A stretch of DNA of 63,646 nt, the filler included, from Octopus bimaculoides (taxonomy: Eukaryota), in assembly GCF_001194135.2 (NCBI RefSeq). It is 5 parts of 5 records of this genome, joined end to end, with 100 filler letters (N's around TTAATTAATTAA, not from the genome) between each part and the next. Parts side by side here need not be neighbours in the genome. Positions count along the whole stretch, not along the records: positions 1 to 28,488 come from NC_068981.1; positions 28,589 to 46,732 come from NC_068982.1; 3 more parts are not named here. One strand, given 5' to 3'. Made by a program: the position numbers and the translations under genes. The notes below the pieces were generated by a model. It was not told the origin of the DNA. It did no database searches and was given only the letters and a program-made list of their open reading frames with translations. This document shows, in pieces, positions 27,044 through 41,243 of this stretch. Within the stretch, counting starts at the first letter, position 1, and each line of letters starts with the position of its first letter.

Positions 27044-28306
27044 TGGACAATGAAATTTTTATTCTAAAACGAAGTAGACGCAAAAACGTTTAGTGATAAA
27101 ACAAGAATTCCATTTACACTGGTTTTCTAATTTTTACGTTTTACATCTCACTATTTTTCTTTCAATACTCTCTCTTTCGAGTTCCCATACTTTACACACT
27201 GGCCGTTCTTTCTCTCTCATACCCCTTCCATACCCTCTATAGTCGCCAACTAAAATATTTATTCACCTGGATACAAAGATATGTATTTAGCTAGAATTTG
27301 TAAGCCGTCAATCAGTAAGACACATTCACTCACACAAATTACATATTGTATTATCTCCTTTATTCACAACTACCATGTGTTGTCTTCCTCTCAATTTAGT
27401 CGCACATTTTCCTCACCCAATCACCATAACCACACGTCTGAATTAAAGATATGTGCCAACAATATCACTCCTCTTTGATAATCCTGTAATATTTCCTTTA
27501 GAAAATATCAAAGAGAATTAACACTATGCATATATTTACTGATATGGTTCAAATAATTAACCCAAGAATATTACCCTGTGCATTGATATCGTTTAGTCAA
27601 TACATAAGTCTTTCAAGTAGTGTATCTTCTCGTTAGAATAAGATCAAGTGTTAATAGCTTGGTCATCAAAGCATATTATGCTTCCACTTATTTATTTCTG
27701 ACAGATAGTTATCGTTCTCGTGAATTAAAATTCTTCCGCGTGTCAATCTTCTTTCTTACGTGTAGTTTCTTTATATAAATTTTTATATATTGTTACTTTT
27801 TCTTTCGTTCATTTAACCATTTTTTTTTTCTTAACACTAAAAAAAATGTTTTACTTAGTCTGCAAATAACTTTCTTTAGTTTTGTTCTGTTGAAATTCTA
27901 TACGTTGTTTAAAAACAATTTAGACTAACTGACAACAAAATACTATTTATAAAACTACCTTCGTTGAATAATTTCCTTGTATTGGTTTCAAATCTTTACC
28001 AACTCAACAAAAACAAACAAACGCTAAATATGGATATAGCTTCCAACTAAAAATATATTCTCTTATAAATCTGTAAGTAGTCAACAATATGTAATCAGTA
28101 AATAATGTATTGGCTATTTGGCTATTGTACAATATCTATAAATTTCAATAGGTCTGATTTAACATGAAATTAAGTGTGTGTGTGTGTGTATCTGTGTCTA
28201 TGTGTGTATGAGTGTATGTGCATATCTGTATATATCTATAATTACTTATACGTGTATGTTTGTGGGCATATATCACTATCTTTATATGCATGTATATGTG
28301 TGTATG

Positions 28307-28337
<31 letters not shown>

Positions 28338-28354
28338 GTATGTATGTATGTACG

Positions 28355-28391
<37 letters not shown>

Positions 28392-28488
28392 CAGATAAAC
28401 AGCCAAACCGCGCACACACACACACACACACATACTTACCTCCCTCTTGCACTCTCTTGTCTTATAAAGAACTTTTCCTCCACCACTT

Positions 28489-28588
28489 NNNNNNNNNNNN
28501 NNNNNNNNNNNNNNNNNNNNNNNNNNNNNNNNTTAATTAATTAANNNNNNNNNNNNNNNNNNNNNNNNNNNNNNNNNNNNNNNNNNNN
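28489..28588. other. Artificial scaffolding join: N44-TTAATTAATTAA-N44 (also 46733-46832, 59539-59638, 62162-62261)
   Basis: Identical 100-nt construct four times; the 12-mer is palindromic with stops in all six frames. Confidence 0.95.
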
Positions 28589-28621
<33 letters not shown>

Positions 28622-29833
28622 TGCACAATTAAAGGTTACAAACTTCATTCAGGGAAAGCAAAATCCTATGAAAGTACTGGTTAATTACAGGAGTATTGAA
28701 CATAAAAATTATATATAAAAATGAATAAATTAAAATAACTGAAGTGTTGTAAGGTAATAACTTATAATTCTTTATTCAATTTTTTTATTTTCCCTCATCT
28801 ATTTTCACTCTTCACTCTATTTTGATTTATTTATTTTAATTTATTTACTTTTATTCATAATTTTTATGTGCCGTAACGTTGAGTAAATTTTCTTATTGGT
28901 CTTTCCACTATTTCGATTTTTTAATAAGTAATTTATTGGCTGTGTGTCTTCCGCCTTAATTATACATTAGTAACTATACATATTTGAATTAAACTCTACA
29001 TACTAAGTGTATATTGATTTAGTAAGAATACATATAATAGTACAATATGACATTTTTTACCAATTATATCAACTTGAACTTTATTATACTCAAGACTCCA
29101 GATGAATATATTGTTTTACAACTCTATTTTACACAATCTTACTCCTCTGATAATGGCTCAATCACTTGTATATCATGTTCTTGATGTACACATTTTTATA
29201 TTAGCTAAAGGTTTGCAGCCGTTTACTCAATATATAAATACATGTAGGTATCCCTATTCTACTATAATTTGTAATTATATTTAATTCTTCCACACTTCTC
29301 TAAATAGTTATTAATAACTAAGTTTCTAGTCTGGTTAACTTGTTATCAAATACGAAATGATCTTTTAAGAAATATCCATTACCCTACTTCGAAAGATGCT
29401 TTACTAAATCAAGAATATAAATTATTAGAACAAGATATAGTGAAACAAAACTAAGTACAGACTAAATGTATAAATTACGTTTTCAGTGTCATTAACGGAT
29501 GTTATCACTTAGTAAGACATGATGTAATGAAGTAGTTACACAGTCACACACTTAGAAAACTAGTGTGTGTATGTGTGTGTAGGTATGTATGTATACATTA
29601 TATATANNNNNNNNNNNNNNNNNNNNNNNNNNNNNNNNNNNNNNNNNNNNNNNNNNNNNNNNNNNNNNNNNNNNNNNNNNNNNNNNNNNNNNNNNNNNNN
29701 NNNNNNNNNNNNNNNNNNNNNNNNNNNNNNNNNNNNNNNNNNNNNNNNNNNNNNNNNNNNNNNNNNNNNNNNNNNNNNNNNNNNNNNNNNNNNNNNNNNN
29801 NNNNNNNNNNNNNNNNNNNNNNNNNNNNNNNNN

Positions 29834-29875
<42 letters not shown>

Positions 29876-31564
29876 AATATATATATATATAGATAGATAG
29901 GTATACATGGTCTATGTAAATATGGAGATGAAAGTATCAACGATTTCCGCCCTCATATAAGTGCGTGCGTATGCGTATGCGTGCTATGTGTATATACATA
30001 AATGTGTGTGTGCGTGTATACATACGTAAATGCATTCATAATTACATGAATACATATGTACAATACGTATATGCATACATGTGTTGGTATGTACTGATGT
30101 GTGTTCATTTTTTTGAGTGCATGTGCGGCATGTGCGGGGGCGTGTGTATCTGCAAATATGTGTGGATATATAAAATACATTACCTCATAATCTCCATAGG
30201 CTAAGGTATATAATAAAGTTATCATGAGAAGCGGAAAATATATATTGACCCAATACAGTGGGGTCAAAATATATACTTAATGATTAAAATCAGCAAAAAA
30301 TGTATTTTGAGTAGGAGGCTGTCAAAAACTATTATAGTGCACATAACGCGACGCGAATAATATCTTGGTGAAGGACGCGTAAACAGACGCATAAACAAGC
30401 AAAAATGACATTTCCTCAGCTGTACAGAACAATCAAAATCAACAGATAATTTCATAGTTTGACGAATCGGCAAGCTTATTTGGGTGTGGTCGTTGTCGTA
30501 ATGCATTTAAAAGAGCCCCGCAACTCTGTTGCTCTGAGTTCGATCCCTCTGCATGGTCATTTTAGTAAATGCCTTTTACAGTGGTATAGAGTGAATATCT
30601 TGCTGAATGCAGTCTGATGGACAATGCATGTGGATGGCGTACTTCCGCCCAAAGGAGACGCAGTTCACGCCCTCTCTCCTGCACTGCATGATGGCAATGA
30701 GTGGTTATATCAATTAATTTTTAAAGTCTCTACTGCTCACCAAATGTAAATCAACCTAAGGTCAATTACGTAAGAGAAAACCAATGGCAAATAATCGCTT
30801 GAATGTGGCTGATAAACCTGTGTTCCAATGTTTCAATAAACCAGTTTCAAATAGGCGATGACAACTAATATCAATGATCTAGATTTCAATCAAAATCGCT
30901 GATACGTCGAACTGACTGATCTTCCACAATATTTCAGTATTGTTTGCATATCAACATGACTTTTGAAGGCGATTATTGATTAACTATTTGAGGTTTTGTA
31001 ACTCAAAAAGCTATTGTCACAAGAATCTTAGTAGTGTATTCGATAGAGACAACTTTTAGCTCCAAATGACTGGAAATTCTTGCTGTTTCTATACAGGATC
31101 TGATGAACATTTTTTGTTAACTTAGCTGTTACATACTCACTTTTACGCTTTCGTCTAAAATATTGGATTTTTCAGCCAAGTCAAAAATAAATTAATGTTA
31201 CATTAGTGTAGTGACTTTTTGCAAAAGAACGCAAATAGATTAATTACATACCATATGTGCATGATCCCGTAGAGAAGAAAAGATAAATTCTGGTCAGTAC
31301 CAATCAACGACCTGACTTGAATCTCAAGTAGAAAACCTTTTACTTCTTTTTAAGTCAATAAGAAATATATCGCCATCGCGTTTGCTGGTAAGTAACCCGT
31401 TATTCAATCAACTCAGCTGCCTACTATGTGAATTAGCGTATAAATCGTTTAATTAACACTGACAAGTGCACCTGTCCTGTGAGTTTTCAGGCAAAATCAA
31501 CGTGAAATAGTATGTGACATATTTGGACCTTTGAATTACAGGAGCAGTCCATGTGACTGCTTTC

Positions 31565-31710
31565 TAGTTTCTGCTTACTCAGTTTCGTTCAAAACTTTGG
31601 ATAGATCCGAGGCTATGGTAATAGACACTTGCCCAAAACTGAAAAATAGTTAGATCGAGCCCGAGTCCTTGTGGTTACCATGCAAACTTTTCAGCCACTT
31701 GACCATAATG
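31565..31710 (-). mobile_element. SINE family B 5' part, degenerate
   Basis: gatccgaggctatggtaatagacacttgcccaa...gagcccgagtccttgtggtta matches the reverse complement of the family B head and body. Confidence 0.7.
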
Positions 31711-32554
31711 ATCTTTTGAATTGTACGATCGTCGAAGAAACTTTTTACAATTAGTGCGGAACTTCGCGACAGATTGCTTTTTCAATGTGTTAATCTTCAT
31801 CATCAAAGTCTAAATAAATCTTCACATGTTTATATAAATGAAACTTATTCTAGATATATCTTAAACCTCATTCTCGAAAATTGATATCCTCCGGCCACAG
31901 AACACAACTTTAACTTTATGACGAACATGAAATAGAATAAATTAGAGTTGTTTAATTCCTCTTACATCAAGCCTCTGTATTCCTGAGCAGTTGTTCTCAA
32001 AACGCTTAACTTCACGGCATATCGGATATCCAGTTATATTTATTGACGCATTTGGCGAAGAAATTCTTTTTAAAAAATAGTATTTTAAAAGATTTACAAA
32101 AAATATATAAAGTTATAGTGTGCTTCATTTTTTTGATTATAGTTGTGAATAAAATATATAGTTTATTAATTATAGTTGTGAATTAGAAAAGACTTATTTT
32201 TTATACGCTTTTGAAGATGCTGAAGTGTCAGATGAATTTCAGAAAATTTTGAATTATATCTTTGAAAATCTACAGGGAATCCAGATAAACATCGCGGAGC
32301 ACCATTTGAACAGTACTGTTTTAAAGAAAGGAAACAAAATAAGTTAGTGTTCAATTATCTTCTCTGATACTTGTGGTACATGTGAAGTGAACTAGCTCTC
32401 ACCGAAGGAGGAGTACTGACTATTGAGTACTTGACATTTTAACCACTGTTTTAATTAAATCTTCTATTATTTACATTACTGAGAGACAATAAAACAGTAT
32501 CAGAGAAAACATTACACCAATCAACTATACTCCAGAAACGTTGGCAAATCGATT

Positions 32555-32680
32555 TAGTTTCCGCCAAGGTCAACTTTACATTTCATCCTTTTGAGGTCGA
32601 TAGAAATAAAGTCCGAATCTCAGTACTACAGTCGATGGCATCAACTAAACCACAACACCTAAAAATTACCGGCCTTCTAT
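32555..32680 (+). mobile_element. SINE family A central/3' fragment
   Basis: ttccgccaaggtcaactttacatttcatccttttgaggtcgata. Confidence 0.65.
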
Positions 32681-33387
32681 TTAAATCGGAAATCATTATT
32701 GTTGTTCTAATTGTTGTAGTTATTATTATAGCTATCATTGTAGTAGTTTTGTAGTTGTTGCTGTTTTTATTGTTATAGTTGTTAAAAAGAAAAGATGAAA
32801 CATTTTTCATAACTTGCAATCAGTTCTATGACATGAATTGCTTTTAGACTGGTATATTTTCCCTTTAGCCTATTATATCCTGCTTCTCAATGATCCAAGG
32901 TTTTTCTTCTATTATTTGAATTATGAGATGTTGTGTCTGTATCTAGATCAAATATGAAATATATAGATTTCACAAGCTCCAAATAACCATGGAACATTCT
33001 ATTCCCAGTTTAGTTTTCATCATCTAAAGGTAAGAAATTTCCTTTTTTGCACAGGAAGATCCTTTCATAGAAAATTCTGTCATTAGAGATTATGACGTGC
33101 TATTATGTTGATTCAATAGTGACACGCAAACTGTCATAGCTACAGACAATGAATCCATAAAGGAAAGCATTCAGCACTACGATTCCTACTGCATACGATA
33201 TTAGAATCACTTTCTGGTAACGTATGTACTGCTTACTCTTTGTAAGGAATACGTGTAAACGCATGTGTATGTGTGTCATTGTATATGCATACAAACTGTA
33301 TATAATTGTATGTTTCTGTGTGTGTTTTCATAAATGTAAATATACATATGCAAATATATACGTGTTTGAGAGTTTGTATATATATAG

Positions 33388-33420
<33 letters not shown>

Positions 33421-33500
33421 TGCACATATACATATATATATACACATATCTCTCTTTCTCTCTATATATATACATATATATACGTGTGTGTCTATGTATA

Positions 33501-33535
<35 letters not shown>

Positions 33536-34374
33536 GTATATATATATACATATGTGTGTGTATACATACATACATGCATACATACNNNNNNNNNNCATAC
33601 ATACATGCATACATACATACATACATACATACATACATACATACATACATACATACATACATGATAAATTTATGTAATGTAATTTGACTGCAGTGTGTCA
33701 TGCCTACGCTGTAGATATTTATCAAATTAACAATGGCAAACCAACTATGAAATATGTCAGAATATTTTCTCAGTTCTGTTTGTAAAGATAATAACAATAT
33801 ATTTCCCATTGATTTTCTTTACATGCTTTACACAACGTATATTCTGTAGCCGTTATATTCTGATATCTGTACTTGCTACATTAAATTTATCTTAGATTTT
33901 CAAATACACTCAGTGCAAATATAAAAAAAATATTTAAGTATAATATTTATGATACCGCCGACAAATGCTTTTCAGTTAATTACTTGTTTGTGACTAATTT
34001 ATATAATACTAGTGCATGTCTTGTCTTATGCCTGGAATAAGTAATACTTCGCTTCATTGAAACGTAGGTATATATATGCAAGATAGAATTTAGTTAAAGA
34101 AGATAAAAAAATGTTGAAACATTTAATAGATAAAAATACAAAGTCTAGTTTCATGCAGCACATTGCCATCTTCTGCTATGTTATTTCTAAAGAGCGAATT
34201 TAGTTCGTAAATTAGTTGAGGAATATTAAAATGATTATAACAAAATAAACAGCCAGCTATTTTTTCTGAAATATTTGAATGGAGGAAACTGGGTGGACGG
34301 TGCCTACGTGTTGTCTAAATTACTTGTGTACTGGATGAGAAATCGAGATAAAACCAGTGATAGATAAATAGATA

Positions 34375-34379
<5 letters not shown>

Positions 34380-34428
<49 letters not shown>

Positions 34429-34473
34429 CGGACAGACAGTTAATTATGTTGATAAATAGATAGATAGATAGAT

Positions 34474-34547
<74 letters not shown>
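34380..34547. repeat. (GA)n, (GACA)n, (GATA)n microsatellites
   Basis: Tandem runs. Confidence 0.9.
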
Positions 34548-34674
34548 CTTTCCAAAGATGCCGTTTTTTACATAATAAAACAACGATATGAATATTCAGT
34601 TTGTCCTCTCCCTCTCTGTCTGTGTGTCTGTCTCACCATCTCTGTCTGTCTGTCTCTCTCTCCCTCTCTCCCTT

Positions 34675-34707
<33 letters not shown>

Positions 34708-35473
34708 ATAGCACATATAATCTCTATAATAGCACAAGCATATACATGCACACACATTCATTTTTAAGAATATCATAACAGTATTACTTGTATGTTTGTC
34801 TGTCTGAAACATTTAGTTAAATTATAAAACTAATACTTTTGAAAAAGCAGAAGCTTCTTATTTTCAATAGCTCTATTTTAATAATTTATTTAAACATTCT
34901 TTAACAATCCTATTGAGAAATTTGTGTTTGTGTACATGCACATGCACACAACTGCATGCGCACATCCAGGGATACATCCAGACAAATAGACAGACTGTCA
35001 TATTCGTGCATATGTACCTATGTGTACTTCTATAGGCCTCTGTCGTTATACATGCAGACAATAACAGAGATGAGAGGCAGAGATGGAGACATAGAGAGAC
35101 AGAGACAGAGGCGAACAGAATAGACATTCGTATTTTTGTTATAATTTCTTTAACGAGAGTGCTGACAAATCTATGTCTGTCTGTGTACATACATACGTAT
35201 ATACATACGGAGGGAGAGAAAGAAAGGAGAGGGTGCGAATGAAATCGGAAATTACAACAGACAGATTTCCCCAAAATCATATTAAAGAATTGCTATATAG
35301 TTCTTGAAGGATAAAGGTTGGGGAATGTATCCAACCAACCATGTATTATCCCGGGGTAATTTTCTTTTCCTGTATGCTAATGAAAACCAGGTTTATTCAC
35401 TTTGAAATTTCTTCCTAATGTGGATTAACCTGTATGTATGCCTATTCAAGATATATATATATATATATATATA

Positions 35474-35511
<38 letters not shown>

Positions 35512-36329
35512 TGTGTGTGTGTGTACATGTCTGTATATAAAGTACGATTTATTCATGATCAGAGGTGTTCGAAAACCGAGCTACTACTGTGTGTGTGTAT
35601 ATAGTAGAGTTAGAGATTGGAATAAGTGTCCAAGGGATAAAAATATCCGTTTTACTACGGTATAAATGCCTATGTTAACCCTGGGCATACAATTGCAAGC
35701 ATATTATGCTCATAGGTTACAGGCAATGACAAAGATAAACATGAGTCTATCAGCAATCAGATTTCAAGTAAACAGAAAATGGAAAAATATTGATCAACAA
35801 CAATTGACTAACATCAATTATTACTTGACAGTGCGGGTGTTGTTCATTCCTTCACATGGTGCTTGTTTACATGTTTGTTTTCTATTTACAATATCCTAAG
35901 CGGGTTTGGGGCCATTTACAACATATACTAATTTTCCATACTTTTTTTATTTATTTATTTATTTGCATCTACCCGTATAACGGTCATAATAGCTTGCCCT
36001 TTGTTTTTAAATTTAACTGACCAATAATAACGGAAGCTGGACTTTGGTCAGTCTCATTACGGGCAATAGGTGGTCGGTTTTTACAACATATCAGTAAGTA
36101 AATAATTGTAATTAACTGATGGGCACTTTATTATGATAAACTAATAAATTGCACTATTAACATAATCTCAAGAGCTATTATGATTACTTCAAAACGTTGT
36201 GGCTCTATCACTCCCTCTTTTTCTAGACATATTGGCGTATCCCGTTATGGTAAATATTTTATTTTACCTTTTTATTACTTATACACCTTGTTACACACAT
36301 AGAAAAATTAAGCTACCAATTAATATATT

Positions 36330-36562
36330 AAGGCGGCGGGCTATCAGAATCGTTAGCACGCCGGGCGAAATGCTTAGCGATATTTAGTCTGCCGCTCCGT
36401 TCTGAGTTCAAATTCCGCCAAGATCGACTTTGCTTTCGTCCTTTCGGGGTCGATTAAATAAGTACCAGTTACAAACCGGGGTCGATGTAATCGACTTGAT
36501 CCCTTTGTCTGTCCTTGTTTGTCCACTCTATGTTTAGCCCTTTATAGGCAATAAAGAAAGAA
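36330..36562 (+). mobile_element. SINE family A full-length copy with an alternative 3' tail
   Basis: Standard head and central block, but the tail is ccctttgtctgtccttgtttgtccactctatgtttagccctttataggcaataaagaaagaaa. Confidence 0.9.
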
Positions 36563-36681
36563 ATATTTTAAGTTTAGTCATATACTCAACGTCCTGAAAC
36601 GACACATATGCAAAATAGTATGATTTAAATATATTAAGCCTTTCATCTTCTGTTCAAGGCTTTTCTTTTGTGTATTTTTCT

Positions 36682-36800
36682 TCACTCTGATGAAGCTCCA
36701 TGTTCCATATCGGATGCGTTACCAACTATGCTGAATATTACTTTCAAAGTTTTCAATGGCAACACCGTAGAACATTGGAAGCAGAAACAGCTGTTAGATT

Positions 36801-36802
<2 letters not shown>
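36682..36802 (+). ncRNA. Candidate degenerate hammerhead-ribozyme-like motif
   Basis: CTGATGA (36687-93), stem GCTCCATGTTC/GAACATTGGAAGC, GAAA (36784-87), palindromic CAGCTG, then GTT triplet; stem I is poor. Confidence 0.35.
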
Positions 36803-36852
<50 letters not shown>

Positions 36853-38384
36853 GTGTGTGTGTATGTGTATGAAATCAGTAAAAGATATATATATTTATTC
36901 ATTTATATTGATGCAGCTTATTGTTTGGAAAGGAAAATGTTTCCAAAGTTACATGACGAATAAGTCGGACATTTCGTAACGTTTTGGAACTCTTACAGAG
37001 AGAGAGATAATGACAAGAGAACAAGTGATTGCAAGCATAGAGTATTGAATGTATATGCAATACTCAGCATGTCCCTACAAATTAAGCAGAACCAATGAAA
37101 TCTTAATTGGGACTGATGTCCAGAAAGTAACTTCTTGAAGGTTTACTTCTTTTTCAACTGTTCTATTGGAATGTTCTGAAGCCGACAGAAACAATTAAGC
37201 CGTTAAGTTTAAATCAATTTTCTTTATTGCGCTGTATTTTGTCTCACACTATGTCTACTGCACGAAGTATATCAATCTAAAATTGTGCTGCGTATATTCA
37301 TCGATCAGCATCTTTATCAAGTAAGATATTTAACAGGTTGTAGATATATGGCATCAGTTCCGTTTTTGGAAGCAGTAAATATTTTTTTTATGAAATATAT
37401 AATAGCATAGTAAGAGGAATGGTCATTTAGGGATTTAATGTGGCTGACCAATAAATGCGCTGTCTTGCCTGGTGTTACTATTTTTGGTCATCCAAAAGTG
37501 GGTACATAATAAATAGACTCTGTGGCTTCAAATATATCAGGCATGATTTTGAAATTCTGTCACTGAAAGAACATAAACATCATTTCATTGAAGGAATATT
37601 TAATGCAACACGCAGACTTCAATTTGCTGGCGTAGACTTTGAATCAAATTACTGGTAACATGTAACAGCTGGCTGCGACCCTTTGTTCTTGCTTCCTGCG
37701 AAATGTTATACACAGTAATCTGAAAAATGCAATCTATAATTTAATTATTATCGATTTTCAGCGGTATATACACTATTAACAAAACTTTCTGTTGTTAACT
37801 TAGTTTTCATCTCTCCATAAAATTGTTTCATATAAGCAGCTGCAAACCAATACATTCATTAAATTACTTAAATTCATATACTTTTATTTATTACTAAAAA
37901 CGGATGGTATGTGTCTTATTATAAGGTACTTGGGATGAATTCGTTCTTTATGCGTCTTGTACATGAGCAAAGTACATACATAATTCACATCCAGAGCATT
38001 ATGCATTATGTTGAATTTGTTTTCTATTTAATGGTTTGAAAGGAAAAGGCAACGCCTAAACCAATTGACCCGAATGATTGCAAAGGGTATAAGTTTTAAC
38101 AACACGGACATAAAGTATATGACTTTTCAATAACACTGAGTACCAAGAGAAGAAGAAAAATTAGCAAAGAGAGTATGTATGTATGTATGTATGTATGTAT
38201 GAATGTATAGGCGAACATTGACAACCCAATCACAACTGAACTTAAAATAGACTTGATTCAAGTCTCATTATTGAATTACACCATGAGAAAATATAACGTT
38301 GCTATTCTAAAACTTCCTTTCAAATAAAAATATTAATTACACACAAGCGCGCGTGCACAGACATACGCACACACATACACACAT

Positions 38385-38427
<43 letters not shown>

Positions 38428-38648
38428 GAAGTATATGTGTGTGCCGTGTTTTATGCTTCCTTGCATTTTAATATCTTTCTTTAGATAAATCTATCCGTTA
38501 CATACAAACATACATATATACTCACGCAGACACTTGCGAACATAGATATATATGTGTATGCCTGAAAATGTAGAGTTATCTGAAGAAATATATTAATATG
38601 CATAGAAATATCATGCAAATATACGTATGTACATATGAATATGCATAC

Positions 38649-38700
<52 letters not shown>

Positions 38701-39427
38701 ACATGTATATATGTATACATACATACATATATATATATAGCCATATATATATATAAATACATACATACACACTCACGTGTGTCAGAGAGAGGTGGGAGAG
38801 AGTGAGAGAAAACTTGATATTCTTTCCATGTGTTCGTATGCTTTTAACAATTTTCCTNNNNNNNNNNNNNNNNNNNNNNNNNNNNNNNNNNNNNNNNNNN
38901 NNNNNNNNNNNNNNNNNNNNNNNNNNNNNNNNNNNNNNNNNNNNNNNNNNNNNNNNNNNNNNNNNNNNNNNNNNNNNNNNNNNNNNNNNNNNNNNNNNNN
39001 NNNNNNNNNNNNNNNNNNNNNNNNNNNNNNNNNNNNNNNNNNNNNNNNNNNNNNNNNNNNNNNNNNNNNNNNNNNNNNNNNNNNNNNNNNNNNNNNNNNN
39101 NNNNNNNNNNNNNNNNNNNNNNNNNNNNNNNNNNNNNNNNNNNNNNNNNNNNNNNNNNNNNNNNNNNNNNNNNNNNNNNNNNNNNNNNNNNNNNNNNNNN
39201 NNNNNNNNNNNNNNNNNNNNNNNNNNNNNNNNNNNNNNNNNNNNNNNNNNNNNNNNNNNNNNNNNNNNNNNNNNNNNNNNNNNATAAATATATAGGGATT
39301 GACAGTAACCTGCTTCTCCAACATACTGAGAATTCAGAAATAGCAGTCAAAGAACTACTGATTTCAAAACTACAAATTAAGGCACACACAGAGAAAGAGT
39401 TAATCAGATACATGCAGACGTGAATTA

Positions 39428-39645
39428 ATATTGGCTTCAAATGTGAGCACAGAGCAGTAGTCTTTTGCGGGGAGGGGGCCAAGTTGATTAAAGCGATCCC
39501 AGTGCTTAACTGGTACTTATTTCATCCACACTGAAAGGATGAAAGACAAAGTCAACCTCGATGCAATGTGAACTCAGGACGTAGAGATTAAAAGATGCTA
39601 AGCATCTTGCCTAACATGCTAACTATTCTGCCAGCTCACCGCCTG
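39428..39645 (-). mobile_element. SINE family A full-length degenerate copy
   Basis: ccagtgcttaactggtacttattt...gaaaggatgaaagacaaagtcaacctcg...ttctgccagctcaccgcct. Confidence 0.85.
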
Positions 39646-39673
39646 TATGTGAATTATTATTACTGACGCCATA

Positions 39674-39742
<69 letters not shown>

Positions 39743-39836
39743 GTTACTATTATTAATACTATCATCTGCGGAGTACGACGGACGTATTTTCGAACGCTCT
39801 GAGTAAACCCTCTCTATACGTAATTGAGACCGAACC

Positions 39837-40004
39837 AATTAGACAGAGTGTAGAGGAGCATGGAAGGGCGAAAAAAGAAAGAATAAAAGCATGCTGAACT
39901 AAATATTTGAGTAATGACACTGTTGGATTGAAGTACTGTCACAGTATTATCAAATATATGTTATGGCAGGAAAGGAAGTTCCGTCTACGTATATTTTTCC
40001 ATAG

Positions 40005-40070
<66 letters not shown>

Positions 40071-40112
40071 GCACACATGCGCACACGCATGCGCTCACAC
40101 ACACACACACAT
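39837..40112 (+). repeat. Left arm of an inverted duplication
   Basis: ~175 bp of unique sequence identical to the reverse complement of 41237-41411, plus a shared interrupted (CA)n tract. Confidence 0.95.
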
Positions 40113-40323
40113 AATTGAGACACGTAATTGAGACCTTGGCAATACACTACTCATTATCATCATCATCATCATCATCATCATCCATTTCCTCCCTCCCTCC
40201 TCCTCCATTTCTTCCTCCTCTTGTCTCCTCTCCTGTCTTCTTCCGTCTCCTCCCCTCCTCCTCCTCCTGTCCTCTCTCCTGCCCTCTTCCGTCTCCTCCT
40301 CCATCTCCTTCCCATCTCCTTCC

Positions 40324-40371
<48 letters not shown>

Positions 40372-40404
40372 TCGGTAATAATAATGATCATTCCTACTAC
40401 AGGG

Positions 40405-40545
40405 ACAATACCTGAAATTTTGTGCGTAGAGCCTAGTCGATTACATCGACGTCAGTGCAAGACTGGTACCTATTTCCTCTACCCTTTGGCGAAATTTGAA
40501 CTCAGAACTTAAAGACAGACGAAATGCTACTAGGCCGATTCATCA
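40405..40545 (-). mobile_element. SINE family A fragment
   Basis: agtcgattacatcgac...gactggtacc...ggcgaaatttgaactcagaac...gacgaaatgc. Confidence 0.75.
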
Positions 40546-40829
40546 CATGAAAACTATTGACATTGAACTAAGCATTCCATACAAAGAGGGACACTGATCG
40601 GTTGTACTTGTCCAGAAGAAATGATGGGAGACTTTTGATTAGTCGTTAAGTGTTGAATCAGAAGTAAGAAGTTTCGGGTGATATGTAAAAAACAAAACCG
40701 TGGAACCATTGTTGATGTTAGTGATAAAGTTCAGCATCATAAAACTTGATAATTGTGTTGAGAGAGAGAGGAAATGAAAGAAGAAAAATGCACGAAAAAC
40801 GAAATGACAAGGGTAAGGAAAAGAGAGAT

Positions 40830-41070
40830 GTACGGTCAATGTGGGCATCCTTCACGAACCGAACGCGCGATGCTAAACGATTCCGATATGTGGACGTTTA
40901 CGTTGACCACCGAAAAGATGTCGCTGTGCATTGCAATGATTCAGCCTCTGAAAATGGGACCGAACCAAACCACCGCGAGGACAGCCTCTAAGTATTGATG
41001 GTCGATCCAATCGAAAGGTTTTGATTTGCCCAAACTGATCAGTGCTCCACCCATGCTAGATTCCTTCCCT
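40830..41070 (-). mobile_element. L1/Tx1-clade reverse transcriptase fragment
   Basis: GALISLGKSKPFDWIDHQYLEAVLAVVWFGPIFRG*I..MHSDIFSVVNVNVHISESFSIARSVREGCP corresponds to the L1/Tx1 'alislDqsKAFDrVdH.yl..vL...GFg..F..WI ... sv.vNG.ls..F.i.RsvRQGCPLS' block. Confidence 0.85.
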
Positions 41071-41086
41071 ACCTTCTATAGGAAAT

Positions 41087-41087
<1 letters not shown>

Positions 41088-41130
<43 letters not shown>

Positions 41131-41149
41131 TGCGTGTGTGCATGTGTGC

Positions 41150-41243
<94 letters not shown>

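Noticed and set aside
31610-31650. AG|GC TAT GGT AAT AGA CAC TTG CCC AAA ACT (G-Y-G-N-R-H-L-P-K-T)
   Set aside because: Coincidental match inside an antisense SINE B; stop after 13 codons; no polypyrimidine tract
40746-40991. Protein-like ORF (..RSMWASFTNRTRDAKRFRY..) and an overlapping GPCR-like minus ORF at 40639-40848
   Set aside because: The plus ORF is largely the antisense of the L1/Tx1 RT fragment; the minus ORF has no convincing TM7 motif or splice context
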